Assembly: GCA_963700285.1 (NCBI GenBank)
Contig: CAVOXA010000001.1
Location: forward strand, 928,001-992,000
DNA: 64,000 nucleotides
Reading direction: 5' to 3'
From: an uncultured Chloroflexia bacterium
GTDB lineage: Bacteria > Chloroflexota > Anaerolineae > JAAYZQ01
Made by a program: the position numbers and the translations under genes. Under the pieces are notes generated by a model, which was given only the letters and a program-made list of their open reading frames with translations, ran no database searches and was not told the origin of the DNA. Below, piece by piece: positions 60,760 through 64,000 of the stretch (position 1 is the stretch's first letter; the number at the start of each line of letters is the position of its first letter).

Positions 60760-60927
60760 AGGGATGCGATAGCCCCCTGAGGGCAAGGGGGTAGACGCCA
60801 ATCCTGCGGACATGCCCCTACGGCAAGGTCCGATAGGATGCCTTCTGGACATGCAGCACCAACTACCCCAGGGTCCATCCTGGGGCAGAGTATTCAGATG
60901 GCAACGCCAGCCCTGGCGGCTCTCTGG

Positions 60928-62036
60928 CTAGCGACGGCGCAAGAAGGACGGGATGTCCAGATTGTCGCTGTCCACCGTTCGGGCGGGAAAGTCGTCGATC
61001 GGTACAGCTCTGGGTGCAACCCTCGGCTGATTGCTCGCTGCGGTCGCAGTACGAACGGAGACTGGGCGCTGCTGGGTTGCTGCGTCGAAGCCGGTGGCGA
61101 TGACGGTGATGCGGATCTTGTCGCTCATGGTCTCGTCGAGCACCGCGCCAAAGATGATGTTGGCCTCCGGGTGCGCCGTCTTGCGGATGATCTCGGCGGC
61201 CTCGTTGACGTCGAACAGGGACAGGTCGGGGCCGCCGGTGACGTTGAACAGGATGCCCCGCGCGCCATCGATGGTCACGTCCAGCAGCGAGCTGGCAATG
61301 GCTTGCTCTGCGGCCTCAATGGCCTTGTTCTCGCCCTCGCCGTGGCCAATGGCCATCAACGCCGCACCACCCTCGGCCATGATGGACCGCACGTCGGCAA
61401 AGTCGAGGTTGATGAGGCCGGGCACCGTGATCAGCTCCGAGATGCCCTGAATGCCCTGCCGAAGCACGTCGTCGGCCACGCGGAATGCCTGTTGAATGCT
61501 GGCCTTCTTGTCCACGATCTCCAGCAGACGGTCGTTGGGGATGGCGATCAGGGTATCCACGTGGTCTTTGAGCTTCTCGATCCCGTCTTCGGCCACCTGC
61601 CGGCGCTTGATGCCCTCAAAGGTGAACGGCTTGGTCACAACGCCGATGGTCAGCGCTCCGGTCTCTTTGGCGAGTGCGGGCGATGACTGGCGCAGCGCCT
61701 GTGCCGGTGCCGCCGCCCATCCCGGCGGTGATGAACACCATGTCGGCGCCACCGATGACCTCGTACAGCTCATCGCTCGACTCCGTCGGCGGCTTTTTCA
61801 CCGATCTCCGCGTCGCCTCCGGAACCAAGCCCCTTGGTCAGCTTGTCGCCGATGCGTACACGGTTAGGTGCATCTGACAGCATCAGCGCCTGGGCATCGG
61901 TGTTGACGGCAACGAACTCGACGCCGCGCAGCCCCTCCTCGATCATGCGGTTGACGGCGTTGCTGCCGCCCCCGCCTACGCCCAGAACCTTGATCCGGGC
62001 AAAGTTCTCTACATCTGGAAGTGTTGGCTGTTGCAT
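60928..62036 (-). CDS. ftsZ: Cell division protein FtsZ (frameshifts ~61790 and ~61680)
   Basis: [54 protein letters not shown]. Confidence 0.97.
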
Positions 62037-62105
62037 GTCTCCCTCCTTAGACAGTATGTTCTGATGATGATCTGATTGTTCAGTCAGCATTTTGTACGCC
62101 TGCTC

Positions 62106-63349
62106 CTAGCCGGGCAAAAATGCCCGAAACCACTCTCTCAGTCGCTGCAAGACAGTATCCGATGGACCTGAATCTCGCCGCCTGCTCTCCAGCGTGCCCA
62201 CCTCGACGTGGTGCATGCCCCACAGGAGCAGGCCCACTGCTGTGGCATAGGCCGGGCTCTCCAGTACATCGGTCAGACCTTGCAGGTCCTGGGGACTGCC
62301 TACCCGCACGGGCAACTGCAGTATCTGCTGGGCCAGGTCCCTAAAGCCCGCAAGTTCAGCAGAGCCTCCACACAGAACCAGCCCCGCAGCCAGCAGGCCA
62401 TCGTAGCCCGATCGCTTGACCTCGCGCAGGATCAGCGTCAGGATCTCTTCGGCCCGCGCTTCGATCACCTCTGCCAGTTGCAGCCGTGAGACGGGCTGCC
62501 GAGCGCCGTCGCCGAAAGACGTGACCTCGATCAGTTCGTCGGTGGCCAGTGACGATGGGATGGCGTGCCCGTACTTGATCTTGAGTTCCTCGGCTGTGCT
62601 AAAGGGGGTTCGCAGTCCCACTGCCACGTCGCGGGTCAGGTGCTCGCCGCCAGTTCCGAGGATGACAGTATGCCAGATGCTGCCATCGATAAAGATGCCA
62701 ATGTCGGTGGTACCTCCTCCCACGTCGGCGAGTACTACCCCCATTTCCTGCTCGGTTCTTTGAGGACCGCCTCGCCAGAGGCCAGTGGCTGCAGGATCAG
62801 ATCGTCTATCTTTACCCCTGCTTCGCGCACGCACCGGACCAGGTTGCTCACCGACGTCGAAGCACCAGTGACGATGTGGGCTTCCACTTCCAGACGGATG
62901 CCCTGCATGCCGATGGGGTCTTTCACACCCTCCTGCCCATCCACCACGAAACCGCGGGGAATGGTGTGGATGATCTCTCGGTTGTGAGGGATGGCGATGG
63001 CTCGAGCAGCATCAAGTGCTCGTTCGATGTCGGACTCGCTGATGCCCCGGTCCCCTCGCGAGATGCCGACGACCCCGCGGCTGTTGATGGCCGATACATA
63101 TTGTCCACCCACACCCACGTAGGCGCTGACGATCTCGTAGCCCGAGAATCGCTCCGCCTTCTCAACCGAGGCCCGGATTGCCTCTGTCGCTTCTTGAACG
63201 TTGACCACAACGCCTTTGCGCAAGCCGCGCGAAGGGGTCACCCCAGCGCCAATGATGCGCAGTTGGCCATCTTCGTAGACTTCGCCCACCAGCGTGCATA
63301 TCTTGGTTGTGCCTACGTCAATGGCGACGATCGTTTTTGGATCTTCCAT
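62106..63349 (-). CDS. ftsA: Cell division protein FtsA (frameshift ~62750)
   Basis: IDVGTTKI, GLRKGVVVN, RLEVEAHIV, DVGGGTTD, AEELKIKYG, YATAVGL. Confidence 0.95.
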
Positions 63350-63356
63350 AATCGTC

Positions 63357-64000
63357 TCAGTTGCCCCTCATGCTGGCCTGCCGGTCTGGTTTGCCAAAGA
63401 CCGGGTAGTCTGCCCAGCGCACGTCCACATACGTGGGGCGCATCTTGTGCTCTACGAAATAGTCCGTCAAAGCCTGCAGGACCTGGATCTTGTGCGCTAG
63501 ATCACTGCTATCACCCACGTAAACGGGCCACGAGCCATGGGCTGTTTTCTGCATGAAGCTCAAGCCGCGATCAGGCTGGTAGTAAAAGAGGCTCACCTCG
63601 GGAAGCGAGGAGTCCAGTTGCCGGACTGAAGTCACGATGCCTTCTGGTTGGACTCGATCCCCTACATTGAGCATCTGCTGGCTAGAGTCTACCACAAAGA
63701 CCGTATCGCTTACAACTCCGTGGTAGGGCAGTACTACCCCTTCCTCGTCCAGCCACAGATCGCTGCCCTGAGCCTCGGCGCGCCATAATACAACGGGCTG
63801 GCGTTCTGTCACTTCGATGGTCACACGCGCAGGCAGTCTGCAACGCACACGCGCGGTTCTGATCCCATCGAGATAGACCACCGCCTCGGCCGCTTTGTTG
63901 GGCCGGATCCAGAAGATATTCTGCTCATGTATGCCGGATGCCTGGTAGATTGTATCGCTCTCGATGTGATGGCTGCCCACGACTTCCGCGCGAAAGACAT
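63357..64000 (-). CDS. ftsQ: FtsQ/DivIB family protein (5' end outside the window)
   Basis: POTRA-like segment, LPARVTIEVTER, LDEEG, YVDVR; lies directly upstream of ftsA. Confidence 0.8.
   Translation of the reverse strand, partial: VFRAEVVGSHHIESDTIYQASGIHEQNIFWIRPNKAAEAVVYLDGIRTARVRCRLPARVTIEVTERQPVVLWRAEAQGSDLWLDEEGVVLPYHGVVSDTVFVVDSSQQMLNVGDRVQPEGIVTSVRQLDSSLPEVSLFYYQPDRGLSFMQKTAHGSWPVYVGDSSDLAHKIQVLQALTDYFVEHKMRPTYVDVRWADYPVFGKPDRQASMRGN

Noticed and set aside
1-64000. CRISPR array, tRNA, rRNA, integrase or transposase
   Set aside because: No regularly spaced repeats, cloverleaf or rRNA signatures, or recombinase motifs were seen by eye.

Overview
A GC-rich bacterial chromosome segment, most consistent with Chloroflexota (Anaerolineae-like). 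This is inferred from the gene order ftsQ-ftsA-ftsZ-nrdR-nrdJ, the triple M42 peptidases and the V/E/K-rich stalk on a family-5 solute-binding lipoprotein. Both flanks are mostly minus-strand housekeeping genes: aspS followed by a 6S RNA, three M42 peptidases and pgeF-yggS-yggT on the left; radical SAM, ydcF, nrdJ-nrdR with two NrdR boxes and ftsZ-ftsA-ftsQ on the right. Between them lies a ~37 kb, entirely plus-strand catabolic island (16.6-54.0 kb) of unknown substrate. It encodes two MFS and one peptide-type ABC uptake system, IclR and FadR regulators whose candidate operators are visible in the DNA, and three M81/MlrC peptidases plus other amide hydrolases. It also encodes four PLP enzymes, a LarA-type racemase, a beta-alpha ordered ADP-forming acyl-CoA ligase, a DRE-TIM enzyme and a GlcD/GlcF-type dehydrogenase, and it shows two deletion scars. 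The most unexpected non-coding signal is a ~55-nt segment just before the ftsZ terminator that matches the apical domain of the 6S RNA 55 kb away, in antisense orientation relative to the ftsZ transcript. An uncharacterised B12-binding mutase-like enzyme coupled to a ProC-like reductase starts the window. Many single-base frameshifts, concentrated near both window ends and hitting essential genes, are probably sequencing errors. All family calls come from motif recognition by eye, not database searches. No tRNA, rRNA, CRISPR array, integrase or transposase was seen.
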